DNA of 64,000 nucleotides from Antedon mediterranea. Its lineage: Eukaryota; Animalia; Echinodermata. This document shows positions 53,764 to 64,000 of the stretch, piece by piece (within the stretch, counting starts at the first letter, position 1; each line of letters starts with the position of its first letter). The stretch spans positions 9,880,101-9,944,100 of the forward strand of contig NC_092677.1 of the NCBI RefSeq assembly GCF_964355755.1. The letters are read 5' to 3'. Position numbers and translations under genes: made by a program. The notes under the pieces are model-generated. The model had not been told where the DNA came from. It searched no databases and worked only from the letters and a program-made list of their open reading frames with translations.

Positions 53764-56359
53764 ATATTGCTGTATATGACCATATATTGCTATATATGAC
53801 CATATATTGCTATATATGACCATATATTGCTATATATGACCATATATTGCTGTATATGACCATATATTGCTGTATATGACCATATATTGCTGTATATGAC
53901 CATATATTGCTGTATATGACCATATATTGCTGTATATGACCATATATTGCATTATCATCATCTTATAGTGCCATAGAAACCAGTTATGTTGAAAAATAAA
54001 AAGGTGGAAAATTGGCTAATTTAAAAAAAAATCCCTGTACTATAGTACAGGGATTTTTACCGAAAAATGGCCAAAATATCAAGTTTTTAAAATTCAATTA
54101 TTATCGATTAATATTGCTGTATATGACCATATATTGCGTTATATATTGCTGTATATGACCATATATTGCATTATCATCATCTTATAGTGCCATAGAAACC
54201 AGTTATGTTGAAAAATAAAAAGGTGGAAAATTGGCTAATTTAAAAAAAAATCCCTGTACTATAGTACAGGGATTTTTACCAAAAAAATGGCTAAAATATC
54301 AAGCTTTTAAAATTCAATTATTATGGAATAATATTGCTGTATATGACCATATATTGCTGTATATGACCATATATTGCTATATATGACCATATATTGCTAT
54401 ATATGACCATATATTGCTATATATGACCATATATTGCTGTATATGACCATATATTGCTGTATATGACCATATATTGCTGTATATGACCATATATTGATGT
54501 ATATGACCATTGCTTTATATGACCATATATTGCTGTATATGACCATATATTGCTATATATGGCCATATATTGCTGTATATGACCATATATTGCTGTATAT
54601 GACCATATATTGCTGTATATGACCATATATTGCTGTATATTACCATATATTGCATTATCATCATCTTATAGTGCTATAGAAACCAGTTATGTTGAAAAAT
54701 AAAAAGGTGGAAAATTGGCTAATTTAAAAAAAAATCCCTGTACTATAGTACAGGGATTTTTACCAAAAAAATGGCTAAAATATCAAGCTTTTAAAATTCA
54801 ATTATTATGGAATAATATTGCTGTATATGACCATATATTGCTGTATATGACCATATATTGCTATATATGACCATATATTGCTATATATGACCATATATTG
54901 CTATATATGACCATATATTGCTGTATATGACCATATATTGCTGTATATGACCATATATTGATGTATATGACCATTGCTTTATATGACCATATATTGCTGT
55001 ATATGACCATATATTGCTATATATGGCCATATATTGCTGTATATGACCATATATTGCTGTATATGACCATATATTGCTGTATATGACCATATATTGCTGT
55101 ATATGACCATATATTGCATTATCATCATCTTATAGTGCCATAGAAACCAGTTATGTTGAAAAATAAAAAGGTGGAAAATTGGCTAATTTAAAAAAAAATC
55201 CCTGTACTATAGTACAGGGATTTTTACCGAAAAATGGCCAAAATATCAAGTTTTTAAAATTCAATTATTATCGAATAATATTGCTGTAATGACCATATAT
55301 TGCGTTATATATTGCTGTATATGACAATATATTGCTGTATATGACCATATATTGCATTATCATCATCTTATAGTGCCATAGAAACCAGTTCTGTCGAAAA
55401 ATAAAAAGGTGGAAAATTGGCTAATTTAAAAAAAAATCCCTGTACTATAGTACAGGGATTTTTACCGAAAAATGGCCAAAATATCAAGTTTTTAAAATTC
55501 AATTATTATCGAATAATAATGCTGTATATGACCATATATTGCGTTATCATCATCTTTTAGTGCCATAGAAACCAGTTATGTTGAAAAATAAAAAGGTGGA
55601 AAATTGGCTAATTTAAAAAAAAATCCCTGTACTATACTACAGGGATTTTTACCAAAAAATAGCTAAAATATCAAGCTTTTAAAATTCAATTATTATGGAA
55701 TAATATTGCTGTATATGACCATATATTGCTGTATATGACCATATATTGCTGTATATGACCATATATTTCTGTATATGACCATATATTGCTGTATATGACC
55801 ATATATTTCTGTATATGACCATATATTGCTGTATATGACCATATATTGCTGTATATGACCATATATTGCTGTATATGACCATACATTGCTGTATATGACC
55901 ATATATTGCATTATAGTGAAAAATAATAGGGTCGAAAATTGGCTAATAAAAAAAAAAATACTAACATGGATATTTTTTAAAAAATGTCCAAAATATCAAG
56001 TTTTGAAAATTAAATTATTATGCAATTATGTTATACACTCAAATAGAGCAATTTTTAATGAAAAAATAGCAGACAGACATTTTAAACTTATTTTTTAAAA
56101 TGAAAATGATGATGTATATTTCAAATTAAATTGATAAATTCAAGAATATTCTGTACCATTGGCATAAAATCTATCTGTTGTATTGACATTTTGAAACTTC
56201 ACCTTAGCATGAGTGTGGTGAGTAGTAGAGTAGAACTAATTTTAAAAAGGGGGCAACCTCCAATAAATTGCAAAGGTTTTGGTGAAACCTTATTTCTACT
56301 CTACTAGAGATAACAGCTCAAAGGTTCTCATCCCTCATGTACCTTAACTACATTGTTAC

Positions 56360-56620
56360 CAGCCTATAGTTTAACACCTCAAGACAAGCAAGGATTCAAG
56401 GCTCACTCGCTCCATGATTCTGGTGGTAAATTCTTCCTAAACCTAGTACATCTTTCGAGACAAGTAGTGGGTTACCTTAGTGTCGTAGACAGACAAGAAA
56501 GTGGGTTAGAATTGGCAGAACTGACAGGATGTACTGTAGTTCAAAAGTGTAACATCTTAAAGTCCACGGCACTATGAGCAACAATTGTTAGGCGCTGAAT
56601 AAGCTGATATTATTATTATT
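56360..56620 (+). mobile_element. degraded tRNA-type SINE just past the stop codon of the FG-GAP gene
   Basis: Eroded B box region GGATTCAAGGCTCACTCGCTCC...TTCTGGTGG resembling the 31.7-kb SINE, core AACCTAGTACATCTTTCGAG, tail GCGCTGAATAAGC...(ATT)n. Confidence 0.5.
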
Positions 56621-56657
56621 ACCTAGTTCCAAGGAAGTTGGTTTACAATTGAATGCT

Positions 56658-56802
56658 TCATTCATCACTCTCTTTGTCGTCAACATAGTATTCATCAAAT
56701 GAGCAGAGAGCTGTTAATCCTGCAACGACTAGAACCAATAAAACACTCAGTGCGGCGGTGTACCAGAAACCGGTTTGTCGTTTCATCTGGAATCCAAAAT
56801 AG
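56658..56802 (-). CDS. FG-GAP / NERD1-like protein, terminal coding exon with transmembrane helix
   Basis: TCCAG| acceptor completes the phase-2 Gly codon; encodes YFGFQMKRQTGFWYTAALSVLLVLVVAGLTALCSFDEYYVDDKESDE then TGA, i.e. a hydrophobic helix and short acidic tail. Confidence 0.8.
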
Positions 56803-57367
56803 CTGGACATAGTTTGCTGGTCGGTTCTGAAAGATTGTGCAATAAATTACCATTATTAAGCCTTGATCGCACTGAATTGAACTTGATCAAATTAAACAAT
56901 TTGTCAGCTATCTTGACCAAAAAAAGTCCAATCCAAACACTGGTTATAATTCTATTGGAGTTAAATTAACCAGGACCAACGATTAATTTTGGTAAAACTA
57001 ACCACACCATGTTGCACACAGGATCAACAGCTTAACATCTCATCTCATGGTATTCTAGTGGTTATTTAGTGATTATTTTGAATAAGATTTCGAGATTACA
57101 GGTTTAGGGCCAGCCTTCATTCAGGTAATTTAAGATGTAGGCTAGGCCTAAGTTACCAACACTATGCCTACACAAAGCCTGATCGAGGCCCATGTACTCG
57201 CATACCGGTGCAATAGCACCAAGCGCACTAGATAACAGAGGTCACAAGGACATGAATGTCTACTTCAATGTTCATATACCTGTCGACGAGTACAAGTTGA
57301 CTTACAACCCATGTGAATATGAACATGTTCATTTAAACTATTTTTGATGAGAAATAACTTTGTTTAC

Positions 57368-57531
57368 CCTGATATGCATTCAACTATAAAATCATTCCAT
57401 CCGTCATTATCAAAATCACCAATAACCACATCTGATGTTGGTTGACATGGCAATGAATGGTGAGCTAAAATAGTGCCATCTATGAGAGAAACAACAGCGA
57501 TTGCATCCCATCCAGCGACAATGGCGGCGTC
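57368..57531 (-). CDS. FG-GAP repeat / NERD1 (At3g51050)-like membrane protein, penultimate coding exon
   Basis: TTTTCAG|GAC acceptor and GG|GTAAAC donor on the - strand; encodes DAAIVAGWDAIAVVSLIDGTILAHHSLPCQPTSDVVIGDFDNDGWNDFIVECISG with a DFDNDGWND Ca-binding FG-GAP-type loop. Confidence 0.85.
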
Positions 57532-58317
57532 CTGAAAATTAAAAAAAACACATATATTTGTAGGTGTCAAGTTTTTCTTCTTGTTTTTGTATTGTTTTAC
57601 TATTTCTTATTGTTTATTATTCTTGTATTATTTGTCTTACCATTATTGAATAAATGTTATTGATATTATTGATATATTACTTTATCTTCTGTTATGAAGT
57701 TAAGATCACTGAATATGAAATATTTCATCACATGCAAAAACAGAAAACAAAATAAGATATAAGGCCAAGTTATTATAGTTTTATGTCGGGATTTGAATAT
57801 ATTAGTTAGCAGTCAATCAAAGCTCACACATTTTCTCACAATAAATTAAATACATGAATTATATACAATTGCCAAATTTTAATTAGAAAGGACTAAATAA
57901 TAAATGCAATACATTATCATTTACTTTAGCCAAGAAGCTGGTATTGGCCACGTGTCTTTTGAAAGTCGTATGCCAAATCGAGAGATTAAAAATCCTGGTA
58001 CCGTACTCTGTGTTGTTGAACTTGATGGTTTAATTATTTTGCCTTTTTTTGTCGTTATTTGTATAAGTATAATTCTTTCAATAACTATTTGGTTTTTTTA
58101 AACTTATCTTTTAAATCTTATCTTTCTGACATAATTTTGCTTGGAAAGGAGGGTTTCTTTTCTAATATAGTAACTCAAATAATTTGTTAGAATTAAACTT
58201 TTAAATCAATGACAATGTTTTCATTACAATTACAAAATATAAAACAAACACTAAGAAAATGATTGGAATATGTGGCAAAATGCAGATATCAACAGATGTT
58301 GGGTTACTTAATACTAT

Positions 58318-58522
58318 AAAGCTCTGTTTACACTATCAAACTAATTTTTGATGTGCCCAAATATGGTAGTGATATGCCCAAATATGGTAGTGATATGTTT
58401 TTGATGTGCCCAAATATGGTAGTGATATGCCCAAATATGGTAGTGATATGCCCAAATATGGTAGTGATATGCCCAAATATGGTAGTGATATGCCCAAATA
58501 TGGTACTAATATGACATCATCC
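58318..58522. repeat. MITE-like remnant with internal 20-bp tandem (GATATGCCCAAATATGGTAG..)
   Basis: Begins AAAGCTCTGTTTACACTATCAAAC; about 7 internal units; same family as 27276-27401. Confidence 0.75.
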
Positions 58523-59051
58523 TAACTTTCAACAGTGAAAGTAGTTTCTACAGTAAAAGGTTTTTTTAAAGTAAAATTGCCTTTCTAAAATGTGATTTAA
58601 ATAATAATAATAATTCAGTTAAATTTACTGGTTGAAAAATGAAGCAAAACAAGCCGTTCTAAAATAATACATTTGAAACACTATCTTTGTTTGGTACTAC
58701 AAGTATGTAAATGCTGCCAAAACAAAGAACTATAAAAAATCAGTATTGGTAAAAAGACTGGGTCTAGCAAGTGCACAAAGTTTTCCAAACAAAGACATTT
58801 AATGAATATACATTTATTATAAATCATTAAAAGTGAATATATAGCACTAATAAAATGTTCCGATTCGATCATAGACTCAATCAGATGTAATAATTAAAGT
58901 CAATGTTATAAAAATAAAGTTTAAATGTTCAAAACTAGTGTGTAGCACTTCCATAATTAAGCAAAACTGTATCAGCTTTTATACCTGATTAAGATAGTGT
59001 AATCTCTTGTTAACATATACACACAACCCTATACACACACACCTGATTTAA

Positions 59052-59167
59052 AGCCAATTTACACAGACGAGCCAAAACAGTAAGAAGAAAAACGCAGAGT
59101 AGACAGGCGGTTTCAACTCTACGTAGGTTTTCCACTTACCATTACTGCTTGTCTATGTAAATTGGCC
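59052..59167. mobile_element. short MITE (PIF/Harbinger-like)
   Basis: TAA-AGCCAATTTACACAGAC ... GTCTATGTAAATTGGCC-TTA inverted ends. Confidence 0.6.
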
Positions 59168-59659
59168 TTACGCTACATTTCAAAATAATAAAATAGAAAA
59201 TGGAGAATTGTGATATGTGAATAATAATAATACACAAAGCCTCTAAGCGCTTCATCCAGTCATTTTTTGGATCAAACACGTCTGGAAACATACTCCCATA
59301 ATGTTGCAGCACAGTTGTGTTTTGCACACTTGGGTGGAGAGATGCAATGTAAGTAAAGTATATTGCCTAAGGATACAAGATTCGAACTTATGATCTCACG
59401 ATCAATAGTCCAACGTCCAACACACTGGATCACACGCCCTTGATGAATGTTCGCAATTCTTAATATATAAGTGACTGTGGAAAAGGGTTGGGTTAAGGAA
59501 CAAAAGAAACTGACATCCTTTGGCCTAAAAGTGGTCCAGAATTGGGATCCTGGTCCGGATTGGCTCCTAAATTTTTGTGACCACATATTTTTCGTTTTTG
59601 ATGTTATCCAGCTGAAGAACACACAAACAAATATCGCAGATAAAAATATAACCTATTAA

Positions 59660-59824
59660 GGACAGTTTACACACAAGCGGAAACAATAAGCGGAAAACTG
59701 TGTAGCTTGTCCCCCTGAATGGGAACCGGTCATCTGTTCTGCGTTGAATGTAAATGGTCATAAGGAATAACATAGATTCTATATTTCTATATATACTGTT
59801 ACCGGTCGTCTGTGTAAATTGACC
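59660..59824. mobile_element. short MITE of the same family as 59052-59167, opposite orientation
   Basis: TAA-GGACAGTTTACACAC ... GTCTGTGTAAATTGACC-TTA; abuts the 59829 MITE. Confidence 0.55.
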
Positions 59825-59828
59825 TTAA

Positions 59829-60190
59829 AGCCGATTTTCCACTAGTCAAAATTTGTTCGTGCGAATCGAAAGCATCATGCCATGCGCATTCAAGTTTCTG
59901 TCTGTCATACTCCCTTCTTCGACGAATTCTAGTTCCTAGATTTTTCGCCTTAGCGAAATTTACTAGTTCGAATTGTTTCTACTTTTTGCGAAGCGAAATA
60001 TTGCACAACCAATCAGAGCTCAGGAAATGAGCTATGACGCTTTCATGAGCACTCATGCAAATCAAAATGTCCTGCAACCACGCAAGGAACATAAACATCG
60101 CAGCTATTAGCTCATGTAGTGGAAAGAGAGTAGCTGATTTTTTCTGTTTGAAACGTTGGATTCGCACGAACGCATAGTGGAAAATCGGCT
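59829..60190. mobile_element. MITE with TAA/TTA flanks (PIF/Harbinger, Tourist-like)
   Basis: Perfect inverted ends TAAAGCCGATTTTCCACTA / TAGTGGAAAATCGGCTTTA; further internal inversion GTTCGTGCGAATC / GATTCGCACGAAC. Confidence 0.8.
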
Positions 60191-60671
60191 TTAGGAGGAG
60201 GTAGTAATACAGGATAATAATAAATTCAATATAGTCATGGTATTGAACTATAAGGCAATTGCAGTTTTCAATTATTGCAGGGGTGAAAATTATTTATTCA
60301 TTATAACTTTAAAGCAAAAAGTAATCCATAGACTAAACACACATACCACATGATGTATGCAAATATAATGTACTAATAAAAAGTACAATTGAAATTTAAT
60401 ATTGCATGATGTAGATGAAATCAATGCCATATTTATTTCATATTTAACAGGGCCCTTCAATTGTTTGTTACAAAAACTTTAAGATAATTTGCTGGTAGTT
60501 ATGCATAATTTATCAGTGAAGTTACTACCATATTTCACATAAATATTTATAGAAATAACACACATAATCGAACAAAAGCTTAAAATTCTGAATAAAAATT
60601 ATTATTAAAGTAATTTCTGTATTTTTTATTGTAAAGGAAAAATGTATAAAAGATGGTTGCCATTACAAAGG

Positions 60672-60827
60672 CAGTGGCGTATTGCAGAAGACCCGATAAT
60701 CCTGGTTTAGGGACCCTCCAGGTATAATAAAAGCATTTTCAGCTTGTTTTTACAAATTTGTTTTCTTGTTCTAGGCTCAGGGGCCCCTGGGTTTAGAGAG
60801 TGAGTACTCATAACCGTTATGCCACTG
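60672..60827. mobile_element. 156-bp hAT-type MITE
   Basis: Ends CAGTGGCGTA / TATGCCACTG; 8-bp TSD TACAAAGG / TACAGAGG (7 of 8); a degraded relative lies at ~45340-45508 in ETO intron 7. Confidence 0.7.
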
Positions 60828-63443
60828 TACAGAGGATGAGTGGTTTGAAGATTTAATTCTATACATCTGCTATTAAAATATAATTTCTAGTAAACACACT
60901 TTTTAAATAAATCATAAAAAATAGAAATGTTGATTATTTTAATTGTTTCTTTTACCTATCTGGATATTGAAGTGTTTCTTAAATATAACAGACTAAAAAT
61001 TTTGGCAAATTGAAGCCTAGTGCAGGTAAAATTAGCAATTTAAATGATGTGTATCTTTTTCTTGTATGTTAACAGTGAAAACTCATGAGGTAGATTTTTC
61101 TAAGCACACATGACACATGATGTCACAGCAACTTATGTCGATGGCTGTACAGCAAGTGTGCGCGTTTTAGGGCCCATAACATATGGGCCCTAAAACATTT
61201 CTCCTTGTTCAGTTCAAACGAAAGTGTTCCATGAATAAGGGCTGGCCACAGCGGCTGATGAGAAAATTCAATGATGGAAACATTCCATTTAATTTAAACT
61301 GTATTTTATTTTATTGTTTATTTATTATTATAATATATTTTATTTATTTTATCTATAAGTTGTATTTTAACTTCACTGTATAGTATTATAACTTTAAAAA
61401 ATGCCTACAATTTAAAAACCATGTAATGATAAATAAATAAAAATATATTTCTCCTCATTTGATTAACAGTTCTCACTGTGTATCATCATTGTAGACATCC
61501 TTGAAAAGTCTGGTTTTGGTAGAAGTTAGACTGATAATTTCTTATATCTACTAAAATACTACTAATATTTTACCAGATTTATGGATACCTAATGAAAAAA
61601 AATGAGATTGTGATAAATCAGAAAGATGTCGCTCAAAAGGTTTTGCATTAATCTTTTCTAGTCACTTGTTTCATGTTTGTTCCACACTGTGTGTGCTATA
61701 CCATTATCATCAGTACGTTTATACTTGTAATATTTCAGTTATTTGAATCAAGGCAATCTCACAACAGGACATTGAGCTCGTCTTACCAAGATAGGAACTT
61801 GTAACAGTCCTTTGATCTTATGTCTGGCTGCGACAAATATCAACAGTACTGTACTATGTACATATTCTCAGTGGTGTGCAGTGTCTGTTAAGGGGCGTGG
61901 AATTGATTGTGTCGCAGGCATAGATAAACCCTTTGATCTCTGGGGCACAGAATCTTGTTAGATTGCCTTGTAGTGGAGAGATTTTTATAAACAATAAAAG
62001 TTGGATAAAACATTTAAATTTAATTTACTATTTTTACTTGGTTTGTAAATTTAAATATATTCTTTATGTGCTTAAAAAAGTCACAATCATGTGAAAAGAA
62101 ATGAAAGGGGAAAAAAAGAATGAGAAATTATATAAAAATGAGAGGATATAGAATTTGAGCAGGTAATACTGAGATTTATGTACAGTCATTGGAAGTTGGT
62201 GCCAGAGCTTCGGAGCAGCAACATGGAAGGATTACTATTACTTTATATTTAAGTGATTTGTGTTATGGTTGTATTTTTTGAAATGAATAAAAAAAAAAAA
62301 AAAAAAAAAAAAAAAACATGGAAGGATTGTCACATTTTCACACAACTCAATAAGCTTGATGATTGTAATCATGCAATCTCGATGGAAAATAGAATGATTG
62401 TTTACATTTTTAAACTTTAAAAACAGAATATGACACAATAACAACAATATGGAATAGTCAAAAAGTCACGTTGTTAGGAAGAGGCGACATGAAACAACTT
62501 TTTTATTTAACCTAAATTCACAAATTCCTTTTTTTTTTTGTAAAATGAAATGTTGTGTCCTTCATCTCTGAAAAAACCAAAGTAAAATACCATTTCACCG
62601 ACATTGCAATAATTATTAAACATTGGAGATCATTGGCACAGTAAAAGTTTCTTATCTTTCATATACTAACTAGCAAAAATAATTCACTTTAAACTTTATT
62701 GTTGTCAGCTCAATCATTAGATGAAAACTGGCTGGTTGTACCAGCAACAATCCTTCCATCATGTGATAAATTGTCTGCTTATTGCATAAAGTAACTCTAA
62801 ATGTTGTCTAGATTGTCTTTTTTTAGATTAATTTTCTTTATTAATAATAAGAGGATCATTGTGGATCAGTGACCTGTGTAAACAGAGGGCCTGAAATTGC
62901 ATGCGATGTAGTGTGTGGAAGTGAGGGGAGGCATAGGGCCTTGCTATAGCAATTGTACCAATTCCATAGTTATTTTCTGGCTATTTCACTGTTATTTATT
63001 GGCTACTTCACTTGCTATTTATTGGCTATTTCTCACTATAGCAATTGCACAATATAAAAACAGTAGTGCTATTTCATGCTACTTTCATGCTATAACCAAT
63101 CCAGGGACGTTTATTTGTATTTTGGCAAGAATTCATATGTCTATGTCATTTAACACAAAATCATCAAAGAAAAAAAGGGTATGTGAATATGAGTTTGGTG
63201 TAATGGTTATATAGCCAGTGTTTTACAGTTGAGGTCCTTGGTTCAACTCCTGCTGAGGTTCTTTTTTTTTTTAATCATCATTTTCATTCATTTTATTATT
63301 TCATGCTACTTTCATTCTATAACCAATCCAGGGACGTTTATTTGTATTTTGGCAAGAATTCATATGTATGTCATTTAACACAAAATCATCAAAGAAAAAA
63401 AGGGTATATTCAACAGATCAACCAATGTTGCTGTGTCAAGTTA

Positions 63444-63696
63444 TTACTTCCGCCAAGGAGGTTATGTAGTCGATTGGGCATGTGTGTTTGTTTGTCTCTT
63501 GACAAGGACCTCAACTGTAAAACACTGGCTATATAACCATTACACGAAACTCATATTCACAAGGTTGTATGTAGTGAAATTAGCCTAATCACACAGCATT
63601 AGACAAAATAACTATATATATTTTTTCAGGAGAAATCTTATGTAGGGGAATGTTACAATAGGTGGAAGTATGCACTCCCGGAGTGCCGTTCTGGTT
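63444..63696 (-). mobile_element. internally deleted second copy of the 19846-20517 element family
   Basis: Reverse complement matches both the 5' region (CCTACATAAGATTTCTCC, GCTAATTTCACTACA) and the 3' hairpin (ACCTCCTTGGCGGAAGTA) of the 19.8-kb copy. Confidence 0.75.
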
Positions 63697-64000
63697 CGGT
63701 CCCGGAGTGCCGTTCTGGTTCGGTCCCGGAGTGCCGTTCTGGTTCGGTCCCGGAGTGCCGTTCTGGTTCGGTCCCGGAGTGCCGTTCTGGTTCACTCCCG
63801 GAGTGCCGTTCTGGTTCACTCCCGAAGTGCCGTTCTGGTTCGGTCCCGGAGTGCCGTTCTGGTTCGGTCCCGGAGTGCCGTTCTGGTTCGGTCCCGGAGT
63901 GCCGTTCTGGTTCGGTCCCGGAGTGCCGTTCTGGTTCGGTCCCGGAGTGCCGTTCTGGTTCGGTCCCGGAGTGCCGTTCTGGTTCGGTCCCGGAGTGCCG
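63673..64000. repeat. 24-bp GC-rich tandem repeat CCCGGAGTGCCGTTCTGGTT(CGGT/CACT), running off the window
   Basis: More than 13 near-identical units of two variant types. Confidence 0.97.

Larger units (their letters stand above)
49727..56030. repeat. composite macrosatellite: 20-bp tandem arrays alternating with 13 ~160-bp palindrome-bearing spacer modules
   Basis: Unit ATATTGCTGTATATGACCAT; spacer ATTATCATCATCTTATAGTGCCATAGAAACCAG...AAAAATCCCTGTACTATAGTACAGGGATTTTT...AATTATTAT(G/C)GAATA; degenerate modules at both ends. Confidence 0.97.

Noticed and set aside
49727-55910. CRISPR-like look of regularly recurring repeats with a palindrome
   Set aside because: Units are directly tandem, the intervening modules are near-identical rather than unique spacers, no cas genes are present, and the context is spliced eukaryotic DNA.
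50059-55911. Many ORFs reading MVIYSNIWSYTAIYGHIQQY
   Set aside because: Translations of the 20-bp satellite in rotating frames; no splice or homology support.
59142-59622. Minus-strand ORFs as upstream exons of the FG-GAP gene
   Set aside because: They overlap MITE and element fragments, and I see no family resemblance or matching phase-0 donor with support.
61574-61588. Possible 15-nt - strand microexon (CATTAG|GTATCCATAAATCTG|GTAAAA) of the FG-GAP gene
   Set aside because: The donor is modest and nothing upstream anchors the frame; cannot be told from chance.
63589-63819. Collagen-like ORF (NQNGTPGP)n
   Set aside because: It is the 24-bp satellite derived from an element terminus, and the 8-residue period is not Gly-X-Y.

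Overview
AT-rich, intron-rich animal genomic DNA (inferred to be a marine invertebrate, possibly an echinoderm; not prokaryotic). The + strand carries the complete coding sequence of an ETO/MTG8/CBFA2T (Drosophila nervy) transcriptional co-repressor. Ten exons between 6312 and 48087 splice in frame to 626 aa containing the MPDSP motif, TAFH/NHR1, NHR2, NHR3 and the MYND/NHR4 zinc finger. The 34.5-kb first intron holds a candidate alternative first exon (36309-36351) and a candidate 15-nt microexon (27131-27145). Facing it on the - strand are the last two coding exons of an FG-GAP/NERD1(At3g51050)-like membrane protein. Between the two 3' ends lies a ~6.3-kb composite macrosatellite: 20-bp arrays alternate with 13 spacer modules built around a 32-bp perfect palindrome. 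The array has captured an LTR-retrotransposon PPT/LTR junction at one palindrome centre and a hAT derivative with a 5-bp TSD. Other mobile DNA includes a Sola2-like transposon with ~500-bp TIRs and a nested Deu/Nin-type SINE, a hAT element with an 8-bp TSD, several MITEs, a LINE 3' remnant, and a subTIR/hairpin element whose first 24 bp are amplified into a satellite at the window end. I see no evidence for a novel multi-gene system; the unusual signals are in repeat architecture and splicing.
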